DNA from: an uncultured delta proteobacterium
GTDB lineage: Bacteria; Myxococcota; UBA727; VGSZ01
Direction: 5' to 3'
Assembly: GCA_963775425.1 (NCBI GenBank)
Contig: CAVZJB010000016.1
Location: 992,001-1,056,000, forward strand
DNA: 64,000 nt
The number at the start of each line of letters is the position of its first letter. Position 1 is the first letter of the stretch. Below the pieces are notes generated by a model. That model made no database searches, was not told the DNA's origin, and saw only the letters and a program-made list of their open reading frames with translations. The position numbers and the translations under genes are program-made. Of the stretch, positions 11,708 through 21,386 are shown in pieces.

Positions 11708-12556
11708 TCAGGCCACGTCGGACTTCGTATCCACCGGCGAGCCGGACGCCACCGTGCCGTCGCTTGGCGCGACCGAGGCGCCGTCGGCCTCGCGCGCCTC
11801 GCCCGGATCGAGCGCCTTGGCGAGCGGGTCCTCGGGCAGCAGATCGCGCGGATACAGGAACGCGTAGTCGACGGCGCGGCGCGAGAACACCTCGAGCGCG
11901 CGGCCGACGTCGGCGGAGTCGCGCAGCAGGATGTTGTCGTCGTCACCGGCCAGGAGGTTCACGGCGGAGCCCGCCTGCGCCACCAGCTCGGCCTCGCTCT
12001 TGTCGTCGCCGTCGGTCATGGTCTGGTCCGCCCACGACGCCACGGCCGCCTTGAGCACCTGCACCTTGAAGCACTGGGGCCCCTGCAGCAGGCGGAGCTG
12101 CGGCCGCACGTCGAGGGGGACGAGCGCGCCGCCCTCCTCGGCGACCACGGCGTCCTTGAGCACGACCGCGGGCACGGCGGCGTCGGCGCCGCGGGCGGCG
12201 GCGGCCACGCGATCGGCGAGGCCCGTGGGGACGAGGACGCGCGCCGCCTCGTGCACGAGGACGAAGTCGACGTCGGCGGGGAGCGCGTCGAGCCCGGCCT
12301 TGAGCGCGCCGCGGCGGTCGGGGCCGCCGGCGACGACGCGATCGATCTCGTCGAGGCCGAAGCGCTCGACCACGTCGCTCTTCACGCGATCGACGAGGTC
12401 ACCGGGGACCACGAGGACGCCGGCGACCGCTTCTTCACCGGGCAGCGCCGCGGCGATGCCGCGCGCGAGCAGGGGCGCGCCGAGCAGGGTGTCGAGGAGG
12501 GCGTGGGGCGGGAGGCCGGCGCCGTTGTCGGCGGTGATCACGATGAGGCCGAGCAT
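11708..12556 (-). CDS. ispD: IspD-like (MEP cytidylyltransferase fold) protein, divergent
   Basis: VVAGGPDR, VLVHEAAR, QGPQCF, DDKS..., downstream of carD as in the conserved carD-ispD-cysS synteny; the N-terminal catalytic motif is degenerate. Confidence 0.72.
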   Translation of the reverse strand: MLGLIVITADNGAGLPPHALLDTLLGAPLLARGIAAALPGEEAVAGVLVVPGDLVDRVKSDVVERFGLDEIDRVVAGGPDRRGALKAGLDALPADVDFVLVHEAARVLVPTGLADRVAAAARGADAAVPAVVLKDAVVAEEGGALVPLDVRPQLRLLQGPQCFKVQVLKAAVASWADQTMTDGDDKSEAELVAQAGSAVNLLAGDDDNILLRDSADVGRALEVFSRRAVDYAFLYPRDLLPEDPLAKALDPGEAREADGASVAPSDGTVASGSPVDTKSDVA

Positions 12557-12571
12557 GGTCACACCTTGTTG

Positions 12572-13061
12572 TCACACTTTGAAGATCGTGCGGAATTCCT
12601 TCTCGACCTCTTCCTCGGACATGGCCTTGGCGATCGAGAATCTCTTTGACGAGGAGCGACCGGGCCGTGTCGAGCATCTTGCGCTCGCCGAAGGAGAGGT
12701 CCTTGTCGCCCTTGAGGAGGTAGAGGTCGCGCAGCACCTTGGCGACCTCGAAGACGGAGCCCGTCTTGATCTTCTCCATGTACTCCCGGTAGCGGCGGTT
12801 CCACGTGGTGGACTCGACGACCTTCTCCTTCTTGCGGAGGATCTTGAAGACCTCCTCCGCCTCCTCCGAGGAGATGATCTCCCGCATCCCCACCGCCTTC
12901 ACGTTGGAGGTGGGGATGAGGACCTTCATGCCGTTGTCGAGGATGCGCAGCACATAGAAGGTCTGCTCGTGACCGGAGATCTCCTTGCGCTCGATCGCGA
13001 TGACCTCCGCGACCCCGTGCGCAGGGTAGACAGCCTTGTCGCCGACCTTGAACGTATCCAT
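12572..13061 (-). CDS. cdnL: CarD/CdnL family RNA polymerase-binding factor (apparent +1 frameshift near 3' end)
   Basis: FKVGDKAVYPAHGV...TWNRRYREYMEKIKTGS...LSFGERKMLDTAR. Removing one base at ~12639 gives the ending EISIAKAMSEEEVEKEFRTIFKV*. Confidence 0.92.
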
Positions 13062-13109
13062 CACATGCCCTTGCGAGAGGTGAGGTGGGATACCATCTCC
13101 CCGTCCCCG

Positions 13110-14696
13110 ATGCGAGTTCCCGCTTCTCCGGCCGCTCTCCTCGTCCTTGCCCTCCTCGGGCTCGCCGGGCCGACCCGCGGCCAGGAGAGCGTCGGGGCCG
13201 CCTCGGCCGCGCCCGCGCGCGCCTCCACAGGCGCCGGGGCCGCCGACGCCTCGGGGCTGCTCGGCCTCGCGGAGCCGGCGGGCGGCCGCCCGGTGCTGAG
13301 CCTGCCCGACGTCCTCGACCTCGCCCGCAACAACGCCGCCGACGTGCGCATCGCCGCGGAGCGCGTGGTCCAAAGCGAGGCCAACCTGCGGCGCGCGTGG
13401 GCGGCGGTCCTGCCCACGGTCACGCTCCAGGGCTCCTACACGCTCACCTGCGCCGGCGGCGGCCAGGATCTCCTCACGTGCGCCGACCGCACCGCCGTCT
13501 TCGCCGACCCCAAGCAGCTCGAATCGCAAGCGAGCCTGTTCGAGGGCATCGCCAACCTCCTCACCATCGCCGCCGGCGCCGAGAGCGATCCCGGGCAGAA
13601 GCAGCAGCTCCTCGACGACGCCGCCAACCTCAACCAGGGCGCGCAGGACACGCGCGCGGCCGAGCAGACGGCCAAGCCGGTGGTGGTGCAGCCCGCGAGC
13701 GTCTTCGCGGGGAGCCTCACCGTCGCGCTGCCCCTCTTCAACGGCCGCGCCTTTCCGCTGCTGAACAACGCGTACGACTCCGTGGACCTGTCCGCCCGCG
13801 CGCGCGAGCAGATCATCGACGCGCTCCTGTACTCCACCACGCGCGCGTACTACGCCGCCGTCGCCGCCCGAAAGCTCGTCGACATCGCCGAGCGCCGGGT
13901 GGACGGCGCCGCCAAGCACACCGCGGCGACGCAGGCGCGGGTGGAGGCGGCCACGCAGCCGCCGCTGTCGCTCAAGCGGGCCCAGCTCGACGAGCTGCGC
14001 GCCAAGGCGGAGCTCGAGAGCGCCAGGAGCGGCTACGACGTCGCCGTCGCCGGCCTCGGCCTGGTCGTCGGGCGGACGGAGGCGTTCGACGTCGTCGAGC
14101 CGTCGGCGGCCATCGCGCTGCCGCAGGGGACGCCGGAGGAGCTGGCCGACAAGGCGCTCGGCAGCCGCGCCGACGTCGCCGCGGAGAGGCTCACGCTGCA
14201 GATCGCAGAGCGCGGAGAGCTCGACGCGTGGATGATGTTCGCGCCGTCGGTGAACCTCGTGGCGAGCGCGCACGCCACGTCGTTCACCTCGGGCTTCGTC
14301 ACCGATCCCATCAACGGCACCGTCGGCATCACCGCCAGCGTCCCCCTCTACGACGGCGGCGTCCGCTACGCCGCCCTCAAGGACGCCGGCTCCAAGATCC
14401 GCGAGGAGAACATTCGCCTGCGCACGCTCGAGGACCGCGTGCGCGCGCAGGTGCGCGGGAACGCGCGCGACGTTCCCGTGAAGGAGCGCGCGCTGGCCAT
14501 CGCCCACGACGCGGTCGACGTCGCCACGGCGGCGCATGAGCAGGCGCAGGCGGCGTTCGACGCCGGCGTCGGCACGTCTCTCGACGTCAGCGACACGGCG
14601 CTCGCGCTGTTCGTCGCCGACAACGACCTCGCCCGCGCGGAGCTCGACCTCGAGCTCGCCAAGGTCGGCCTCGCCTACGCCGTCGGCGCGCGCTGA
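13110..14696 (+). CDS. TolC-family outer membrane efflux protein
   Basis: Signal peptide; LSLPDVLDLARNNA, LPLFNG, VPLYDGG, FDAGVGTSLDV OEP repeats. Confidence 0.88.
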   Translation: MRVPASPAALLVLALLGLAGPTRGQESVGAASAAPARASTGAGAADASGLLGLAEPAGGRPVLSLPDVLDLARNNAADVRIAAERVVQSEANLRRAWAAVLPTVTLQGSYTLTCAGGGQDLLTCADRTAVFADPKQLESQASLFEGIANLLTIAAGAESDPGQKQQLLDDAANLNQGAQDTRAAEQTAKPVVVQPASVFAGSLTVALPLFNGRAFPLLNNAYDSVDLSARAREQIIDALLYSTTRAYYAAVAARKLVDIAERRVDGAAKHTAATQARVEAATQPPLSLKRAQLDELRAKAELESARSGYDVAVAGLGLVVGRTEAFDVVEPSAAIALPQGTPEELADKALGSRADVAAERLTLQIAERGELDAWMMFAPSVNLVASAHATSFTSGFVTDPINGTVGITASVPLYDGGVRYAALKDAGSKIREENIRLRTLEDRVRAQVRGNARDVPVKERALAIAHDAVDVATAAHEQAQAAFDAGVGTSLDVSDTALALFVADNDLARAELDLELAKVGLAYAVGAR

Positions 14697-14748
14697 CGCG
14701 ACCCTGCGCCGGCGCGTCCGCCGGCGTCGCCGCTGCTAGCATCGGGCC

Positions 14749-16641
14749 GTGCTCGGCTCGCCGTTCGCGGACCTGGATGCCTTCACCGCGGCCCTCGGCC
14801 GGGCGGAGGTCGACACCAAGGTGCTCGTCCTCGACGACAAGGGCACCATCTGCGCCACGGCGCGCGAGGCGGCGCGGGCGGCGGCGGCGACGAACCTCGT
14901 CGCGGTGAACAACGAGATCACCGTGAAGGGCCCGCTGTCCCGCGGCGGCATGGGGCGCATCCTGCTCGCGCAGCAGTCGTCGCTCGGGCGCGAGGTCGCG
15001 GTGAAAGTCGCCTCCGACGGCGACGAGGGATCGCTCGCCCAGGCCGACCTCGTCGTCGAGGCGCGCGTGGCGGGCCAGCTCGAGCACCCGAACATCGTCC
15101 CGGTCCACCTGCTCGGCGTCGCCGACGGCAAGCCCGTCATCGTCATGAAGCGCATCGAGGGGCGCACGTGGAAGGGGCTCCTGACGGACAAGCGCGACCA
15201 GGCGCCACCGCTCCCTCCGCTCGCCGATCGACCCGACGGCGTGTCGGGGCGCGATCTGCGGCGCGACATCGAGATCCTCATGGAGGTCTGCCAGGCGCTC
15301 CACTTCGCCCACGACCGCGGCGTGGTGCACCGGGACGTCAAGCCGCAAAACGTGATGGTCGGCCGCTTCGGCGAGGTCTACCTCCTCGACTGGGGCATCG
15401 CCGTCGGCTTCGGCGACGCGCCGCCCGCCGAGCTTCCCCTGGCGAAAGACGTCGACGGCGTGGCCGGCACCCCGGCGTACATGGCGCCGGAGATGGCCCT
15501 GCCCGCCGGCGCCATCTCCCCGCGCACCGACGTGTATCTCGCGGGCGCCGTGCTCTACGAGGTGATCACCGGCTCACCGCCGCACGCGGGACGGAACCTC
15601 GAGGAGAGCCTGTTTTCCGCGCACATCGCGGCCGTGCCGTCCTTCGCCGACGACGTGCCCGAGGAGCTCGCGGACATCTGCCGGCGCGCCATGAGCCGCG
15701 ACCCCGCCGATCGGTTCGCGAGCGCCGAAGCGCTGCGGCTGGCGCTCGCTGCGTTTTCGAGCCACGCCGCGTCGCGCGAGACCTGCCGCGCCGCCGAGGA
15801 GAGCCTGCAGAGCCTGCAAGCGCTCCCGGCCGACGCCGCCGACGGCGACGTGCAGCGGCTGTTCAACGAGTGCCGCTTCGGCTTCTCGCTCGCGCTGCGC
15901 ACCTGGCCGGAGTCCACGCGCGCCCGGGACGGCCTCGCGCGCGCCGTGGCCGGCATGGCCCGCCGCGAGCTCGACGCCGGGCGCTACGACTCCGCGCGCC
16001 TCCTCGCCGCCGAGCTCGCCGTGGTCCCGCCCGAGCTCGAGGAGCGCCTCGCGGCGCTGCGCCAGCGACGCGACCACGAGGCGGTGGAGCTATCGCGCCT
16101 GACGCACGAGACCGACGTCAGTGTCGCGGAGCGCGAGCGCGCCGTCGTCGTCGTCATCTGCGCGGCCGGCTGGTTCGCGATGCTCCTGGCGATGGATCTG
16201 CTCGCGCGCTTCGGGGTCTGGCGCGCGCAGAGCGGCACCTTCGCCATCATCATGGGCGCGTTCCTGCTCCTGGTCGGCGGCGTCGGCCTGGTGGTGCCCG
16301 GCATCCGCGCCACCGCCGCCAGCCGCTCGCTCTACCTCGCGCTGCTCATCACCGTCGCCGGCATCGACGCGCTGCACGTCATCGGTTGGCTCTTCGCGCT
16401 GCCGCCGACGCCGATGCTCGCGATCGGCCACACGCTCCTCGCCGCGTGCCTGCTCACCGTCGCCGCGCAGGACCCGCGGATGCTCGCGGGCGCGGCGCTG
16501 AGCGCGGCCATCCCCATCGTCATCGTCGTCGCGCCGCCGCTGACCTACCTCGGCAGCGGCATCGGCGCGCTGGTGGCTCTGGCGCTGGTGGCGCGCGGGT
16601 GGAGCCGCCCGCGCCGTGACCCCGAGCGCGGCGATCAATAG
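14749..16641 (+). CDS. Eukaryote-like Ser/Thr protein kinase with C-terminal multi-TM region
   Basis: RGGMG, VAVK, HRDVKPQN, DWG, GTPAYMAPE; several hydrophobic helices at the C-terminus. Confidence 0.93.
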   Translation: MLGSPFADLDAFTAALGRAEVDTKVLVLDDKGTICATAREAARAAAATNLVAVNNEITVKGPLSRGGMGRILLAQQSSLGREVAVKVASDGDEGSLAQADLVVEARVAGQLEHPNIVPVHLLGVADGKPVIVMKRIEGRTWKGLLTDKRDQAPPLPPLADRPDGVSGRDLRRDIEILMEVCQALHFAHDRGVVHRDVKPQNVMVGRFGEVYLLDWGIAVGFGDAPPAELPLAKDVDGVAGTPAYMAPEMALPAGAISPRTDVYLAGAVLYEVITGSPPHAGRNLEESLFSAHIAAVPSFADDVPEELADICRRAMSRDPADRFASAEALRLALAAFSSHAASRETCRAAEESLQSLQALPADAADGDVQRLFNECRFGFSLALRTWPESTRARDGLARAVAGMARRELDAGRYDSARLLAAELAVVPPELEERLAALRQRRDHEAVELSRLTHETDVSVAERERAVVVVICAAGWFAMLLAMDLLARFGVWRAQSGTFAIIMGAFLLLVGGVGLVVPGIRATAASRSLYLALLITVAGIDALHVIGWLFALPPTPMLAIGHTLLAACLLTVAAQDPRMLAGAALSAAIPIVIVVAPPLTYLGSGIGALVALALVARGWSRPRRDPERGDQ

Positions 16642-17252
16642 CGCTGGGGGCGCCCCCCGCTTCGCGGTGTGCGGCCGACGAACGGCACGGCCATGTCCGC
16701 AGGCGTGGTGGTTACCAGCGGCACCGGCTGCGTGAAGTCGACGTCGATCCGGTCGGGCCCCTGCCGCGCGCCCTCGCCGACGCCGAGGATGACCGCGTAC
16801 GGCGCTTCGGCGATGAGGATGACGCCGACGAGGTACGCGGTGTACGCGCCGAGGACGAGGAACAAGGCGACCGTGGGATCGGTGAGCACGAGGACGGCCG
16901 CGGGCACCGCGAGCACGAGCCCCACGAGGCCGGCGCCGCCGAGGACGCACATGCCGCCGGCGCTGCACAGAGACGCCATGAGCGCGTCGCTGTTCAGGCC
17001 GGTCCTTTTGTACGCGAAGCGCGCGGTCTTTTCCCGGTGTTGCACCTCGACGGGCACGAGGTCGTCGCGGCCGCTCTGCTCGTCGAGGCGGTACGGCGTG
17101 CGCCCGACCACCTTGCCGTTGACGATGACGTCGGCGCCGGCGGGCCGGCTGGCGATGGTGACGGCGTGGGCGCAGCCGATGTCGGCGGCGCAGGCGACGA
17201 CGAGCGCGCCGGCGGCGACGAGCTTCGCGAGCGCCTGCCCGGAGATCCTCAC
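16635..17252 (-). CDS. PEGA-domain lipoprotein/membrane protein
   Basis: IASRPAGADVIVNGKVVGRTP PEGA motif; GTG start overlaps the upstream TGA. Confidence 0.75.
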   Translation of the reverse strand: MRISGQALAKLVAAGALVVACAADIGCAHAVTIASRPAGADVIVNGKVVGRTPYRLDEQSGRDDLVPVEVQHREKTARFAYKRTGLNSDALMASLCSAGGMCVLGGAGLVGLVLAVPAAVLVLTDPTVALFLVLGAYTAYLVGVILIAEAPYAVILGVGEGARQGPDRIDVDFTQPVPLVTTTPADMAVPFVGRTPRSGGRPQRY

Positions 17253-17842
17253 GAGGTGCCCTCCGGCGTCAGCGGCGGCGGCGGCTCGCTCGGATCGAGG
17301 GGCGCGCCCGCGGGCGGCGCCGGTGACGACGACGGCGGTGACGACGGCGTGATGATGTCCGGCGGAGGCGCGATGATGTCCGGCGGCGGCGTGGCGGCGT
17401 CCGGCGGCGGCACCGGCGCGGGCGCGACCTTCCTGTGCAGGAGCGGGCGGCCGGGAGGCGGCGGCCCCGGGATGCGCACGACGTCGGCGCGCACGCGATA
17501 GCTGCGCGGCGTGACGATGCCGAGCGTGAGCGTGCGGAAGATGACGTCCCCGGTGGTGAGCTCGCTGTCGAGGATGACGTTGGCGACGCCGTCGCCGCCC
17601 GCCTTCTCCACCGCCCGAAGCAGCGGCCCGGCGTAGATGTCCGTGGGCGTCTGCGGCAGGAGACCGTCGAGGAAGAACACGTGCGAGACGCGCTCGTCGA
17701 CGTGGCCGACGACGACGATGTCCTCGTGCGGCGCCGCCGGCCGCCAGGTGCCCGGGATGTCGGCGCGCAACGTGTAGCAGCCCGCCGACGACGCACACGC
17801 GACCAGCGCGACGAGCGCGACGAGCGCGCGGCGGGCGGTCAC
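17249..17842 (-). CDS. Putative lipoprotein, Bor/Iss-like fold with Pro-rich tail
   Basis: Lipobox SAGC; HVFFLDGLL and LTLGIVTPRSYRV resemble Bor-type motifs. Confidence 0.65.
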   Translation of the reverse strand: MTARRALVALVALVACASSAGCYTLRADIPGTWRPAAPHEDIVVVGHVDERVSHVFFLDGLLPQTPTDIYAGPLLRAVEKAGGDGVANVILDSELTTGDVIFRTLTLGIVTPRSYRVRADVVRIPGPPPPGRPLLHRKVAPAPVPPPDAATPPPDIIAPPPDIITPSSPPSSSPAPPAGAPLDPSEPPPPLTPEGTS

Positions 17843-18414
17843 GGCGTCACCTGCGCCACGGCCGGCGGGGGCTCGCGGAGATCGTCTTTGGGGGGCTTGC
17901 TCCCCGCCGTGACAGGCGGCGCTTGCGAGGGCGGGGCCGCGGCGTCGACGGGCCCGGGGGAGAGCCTGCGCGCGTGCGCCCGGGCCGTGAAGGTGTACGA
18001 GGGCAGCGCCCAGCTCGCGAGCGGGAAGACGATGGGCACGAACGTGGCCGCCACGACGTCGAGCACCGCCTCCTGCTCGCCCACCTGCAGCTCCGTGAGC
18101 GCGCCGCTCGCGGTGAGCGCGGCCTGAAGCTCGGGCGTGGGGCTCTCGTTGTAGATGGGGATGGAGCCGACGATCCAATAGTGCCGATCCTCGACGCTGA
18201 CCTCGCCCCCTGACGCGCTCACGCCGGCGCCCTCGGCGAGCGCCTCGCTGCCCGAGCGCACCTGGCGCGGGTCCGGCTTGACGCGCGTGTTGGTGGGCAG
18301 CCCGCTCCCGTCCGTGCGCATGTCGATGACGCCAGGGAGGAACGCGCGGTGATGGAAGCAGCCGGCGGCGAGCACGCACGCGGCCACGATCGACGCCCAG
18401 CGCAGAGCCCCCAT
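17839..18414 (-). CDS. Putative lipoprotein, paralog-like to the downstream Bor-like protein
   Basis: Lipobox AAGC; RHYWIVGSIP and LPSYTFTA segments; translational coupling. Confidence 0.65.
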   Translation of the reverse strand: MGALRWASIVAACVLAAGCFHHRAFLPGVIDMRTDGSGLPTNTRVKPDPRQVRSGSEALAEGAGVSASGGEVSVEDRHYWIVGSIPIYNESPTPELQAALTASGALTELQVGEQEAVLDVVAATFVPIVFPLASWALPSYTFTARAHARRLSPGPVDAAAPPSQAPPVTAGSKPPKDDLREPPPAVAQVTP

Positions 18415-18459
18415 GGGCGGCAACGTTCCACGCCCCGAACGGGACGTCCACACGGTTCG

Positions 18460-19440
18460 CTACGCGCCTTCGTCGGCGAGCTGGCGCAAGGTGCGGGCGA
18501 GGGCGCGGGCCGCAGGCCGCAGGCCGGTGGCGCGGAAGCGGTTGCCGCTCCTGACCATGACCTCGTCGACGTGGCGGCCGTCGGGGCTCTTGAAGGCGAC
18601 CTCGAAGGTCACGCTCTTCACGCGCGCGCGGCAGCGAAACTCGGTGGCGTCCTCGGTGCGCTGGCGCCAGGGGTCAGAGACGGACTCGATGCCGTCTTCG
18701 GCGCGCAGATCCCACGCGAGGGCGCGCGCTTGCTGCGCCGCGGGCTCCACGCGGTCCTCGGTGAACGGCCCGACGTCGACGGCCGGGTCGATGGCGCGCA
18801 GGTGCGCGACGGCGTCGCGGAGCGCGGTGTCGTCGAGGACGGCGGTGGGGGAGCGCGCGAAGGCCTCGCGGGCGCCGCGATCATGGACGCGGGCCTCGAA
18901 GCCGGCCCCGCCGAGGACGACGTCGGCGCGCACCACGAACGACGGCGGCCCGCGCGCGTCGCGGCCCGCGAGGAGCACGGAGCCGGCGACGCCGAGGTCG
19001 GCGTAGACGGGGGCGCCTTTGCGGGCGGCGATGTCGGGCTCGAAGATGCCGGCGATGTCGGCGCTCCACCCGACGCGCGCGTTGTGGATGGGCCCGCGCG
19101 GCGAGAGCGTGACGGTGTACAGGCCGTCGGCGAATTCCTCGAGGAGCGGCGCGAGCCCGAGCGCGGTCTCCTCGTCGAGGAGCGGCCGCGCCGCGAGCGG
19201 CGGCACCGCGGGCAGCGCCGCGCCGCCGGGCGGCGGGAGCACGAGGCCGCCGGGCTCTTCGCCCTCGAGCACCACGAACGCCGGCGCGCCGTCGATGACG
19301 AAGGCGCCCGCATGGGTGCCGGGGACCGGGCCCGGCCCCTGCCCGAAGCGGAGCCGGCCGCTGCCGCCCTGGACCTCGACCTCGACGAGGTTGACGCCCT
19401 CGGCGCCCCTCCGCAGTCCCGTGATGCGCACGCTTGCCAC
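18460..19440 (-). CDS. Hypothetical protein
   Basis: 326-aa ORF with GC3-biased codons filling the gap; no recognised motif. Confidence 0.7.
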   Translation of the reverse strand: MASVRITGLRRGAEGVNLVEVEVQGGSGRLRFGQGPGPVPGTHAGAFVIDGAPAFVVLEGEEPGGLVLPPPGGAALPAVPPLAARPLLDEETALGLAPLLEEFADGLYTVTLSPRGPIHNARVGWSADIAGIFEPDIAARKGAPVYADLGVAGSVLLAGRDARGPPSFVVRADVVLGGAGFEARVHDRGAREAFARSPTAVLDDTALRDAVAHLRAIDPAVDVGPFTEDRVEPAAQQARALAWDLRAEDGIESVSDPWRQRTEDATEFRCRARVKSVTFEVAFKSPDGRHVDEVMVRSGNRFRATGLRPAARALARTLRQLADEGA

Positions 19441-19499
19441 CGCGGGAACTTAGCGTGCGCCGGGGGCCCCGACGAATTTCGTCGACGCGCGCATCGTGG

Positions 19500-20561
19500 C
19501 TACAGGCCGAGGCGGGCCGCGAGGGCGGCGACGTCGGCGACGTCTTTGGCGCCAGGGACGTTGTGCAGATACAGCCGCAGGTCCGCGCGTGCGTTGTCGA
19601 GGTCGCCGCGGGCGGCGCGGACGCGGGCACGGGAGAGGAGCGGGTCGGGGTCGGTGACGCCGACGAAGGAAGAGAGCACGAGCGCGCGCGAGTACGCCTC
19701 CTCGGCCAGCGCGAGGTCGCCGACGTCTTCGGCGACGCGGCCGGCGGCGAACGCGAGCGGGCGCGCGCCAGGGCTCTCGGGGTGCTCGAGGCCGAAGGCG
19801 CGGCACACCTCCACCGCCTCGCGGTCACGCTTGTGGAGCAGCTTCTGCTCGCAGCGGATGCGCATGGCCTCGGCGCTCTTGAGGCGCGCGAGATCGGCGT
19901 CGACGGCGTCGAGGGCGTCGGGGAAGCGCCGGGCCACCAGGGAGAGCGCCGCGCCGGCGCCGTCGTCGGCGGCGAGCGCCTTCACGAGCACGCGCGCAGC
20001 GCCCACGCCGTCGCCGCGCTCGACGAGGGCGTCGGCCTGCTCCCGCCACGAGCGCGCGGGCGTCGCGGCGCTGCGAGGCGCGGGCTTCACGCGCGGCGCC
20101 ACGACGGCGACCTCGGCCAGCCCGGACGGCGCCCCCGGGGAGGGGCCCACGGACGGCGTCCCCGGGGAGGGGCCCACGGACGGCGTCTCCACGGACGGCG
20201 TCCCCACGGAGGGGCCCCCCACCGACGACGCCCCCACCGACGACGCCCCCATCGACGGGGCACGCGACGGGGCCGCGACCGGCGTCACCGCCGAAGGCGC
20301 GACGGCGACGGTGCCCTCGACGCGGGAGGCGTGCGTCACCAGGCCGAACCCGCCGGCGCCGGCGAAGCCCGCGGCGAGGGCGACGAGGCCGACGCGCAGC
20401 GGCGTCCAGCGGACCCGCGATCGGGCGTCGGCGTCGAGGGCGCGCTCCAGGGAGCGCCAGGCGCGCGCCGTCGAAAACGGCGAGACCGGCTCCGGCTGCG
20501 CGGCCTCCCGGAACGCGGCGAGCGCCGCGTCGTCGGCGGGCGGGAGCGTGGGATCGCTCAC
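19500..20561 (-). CDS. Putative transmembrane anti-sigma factor with C-terminal TPR
   Basis: Coupled to the ECF sigma; one TM helix, Pro/Ser repeat linker, TPR-like helices. Confidence 0.72.
   Translation of the reverse strand: MSDPTLPPADDAALAAFREAAQPEPVSPFSTARAWRSLERALDADARSRVRWTPLRVGLVALAAGFAGAGGFGLVTHASRVEGTVAVAPSAVTPVAAPSRAPSMGASSVGASSVGGPSVGTPSVETPSVGPSPGTPSVGPSPGAPSGLAEVAVVAPRVKPAPRSAATPARSWREQADALVERGDGVGAARVLVKALAADDGAGAALSLVARRFPDALDAVDADLARLKSAEAMRIRCEQKLLHKRDREAVEVCRAFGLEHPESPGARPLAFAAGRVAEDVGDLALAEEAYSRALVLSSFVGVTDPDPLLSRARVRAARGDLDNARADLRLYLHNVPGAKDVADVAALAARLGL
20125..20260 (-). repeat. Imperfect 15-bp tandem repeats encoding (P/S)SVG(A/G/T/P)
   Basis: SSVGA-SSVGG-PSVGT-PSVET-PSVGP-SPGT-PSVGP in translation. 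Confidence 0.8.
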
Positions 20562-21235
20562 GCGTCCTCCCCCCGGGCGCTGCCGCGCCCCGCGAGCAGG
20601 TCCACGAAGCCCTTGTGACCGCGGACCCGCTGCGCCACCTCGCGGCGCGCGTGGAACAGGCGCGTCCGGACGGTGGCGTCGGGCACCTCGAGGATCTCCG
20701 CGATCTCCGTCGACGACAGCCCCTCGAGGTCCGCGAGGACAAACACCGCGCGCTTCTTGGGGGACAGCGCCTGGAGCACCTCGGAGACCGCGGCCTCACG
20801 CGCGTGCCGGGAGGCGATCTCGTCGGCGCCGAGGCCGGGCTGCTGCCACACGGGCACCGCCGCGCGATCGGCGGCGGCGTTGACGTCGCTCACGAGCAGC
20901 CGGCGCAGGCGGCGGCGGGTGGAGAAGCATGTGTGCATGGCCACCCGCGTGATCCAGGTGGTGAAGCGGCTGCGCCCCTCGAAGCGCGGCAGGCAGCGCC
21001 AGGCCTCGAGGAACGCCTGCTGCACGGCGTCATCGACCTCCACGGGGTCGGCGAGCATCCGCATGCACATGGCCTGCACGCGGCCGTGGTGCTTCTTGAA
21101 CAGGGCCCCGAAGGCGACCCGGTCGCCCTGCTGCGCCCGGCGCACCAGATCGGCGTCCTCGTCGAGGACGTCGGGAGACTTCTGGAGCGAGAGGGCGGCC
21201 TGCATGTCGTCGCCCGGTTTGGTGCCGTTGGCCAT
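20558..21235 (-). CDS. ECF RNA polymerase sigma-70 factor
   Basis: DADLVRRAQQGD, DAVQQAFL, FEGRSRFTTW, EGLSSTEIAEIL...TVRTRLFHAR. Confidence 0.95.
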   Translation of the reverse strand: MANGTKPGDDMQAALSLQKSPDVLDEDADLVRRAQQGDRVAFGALFKKHHGRVQAMCMRMLADPVEVDDAVQQAFLEAWRCLPRFEGRSRFTTWITRVAMHTCFSTRRRLRRLLVSDVNAAADRAAVPVWQQPGLGADEIASRHAREAAVSEVLQALSPKKRAVFVLADLEGLSSTEIAEILEVPDATVRTRLFHARREVAQRVRGHKGFVDLLAGRGSARGEDA

Positions 21236-21386
21236 GGATCTCGTTCAAGCCTAGGCCACTGCGTGGAAGCCCGGTAGACAGGCGCCAGGACTCCGCCTAG
21301 AGACGGCGGTCCCGGCCCGGCGTTCGTGCCGTGCGCGGGCATCGAGGGCCGCCCCGTCAGCACGGGGCTCGGGCAAACGGGCGGAC

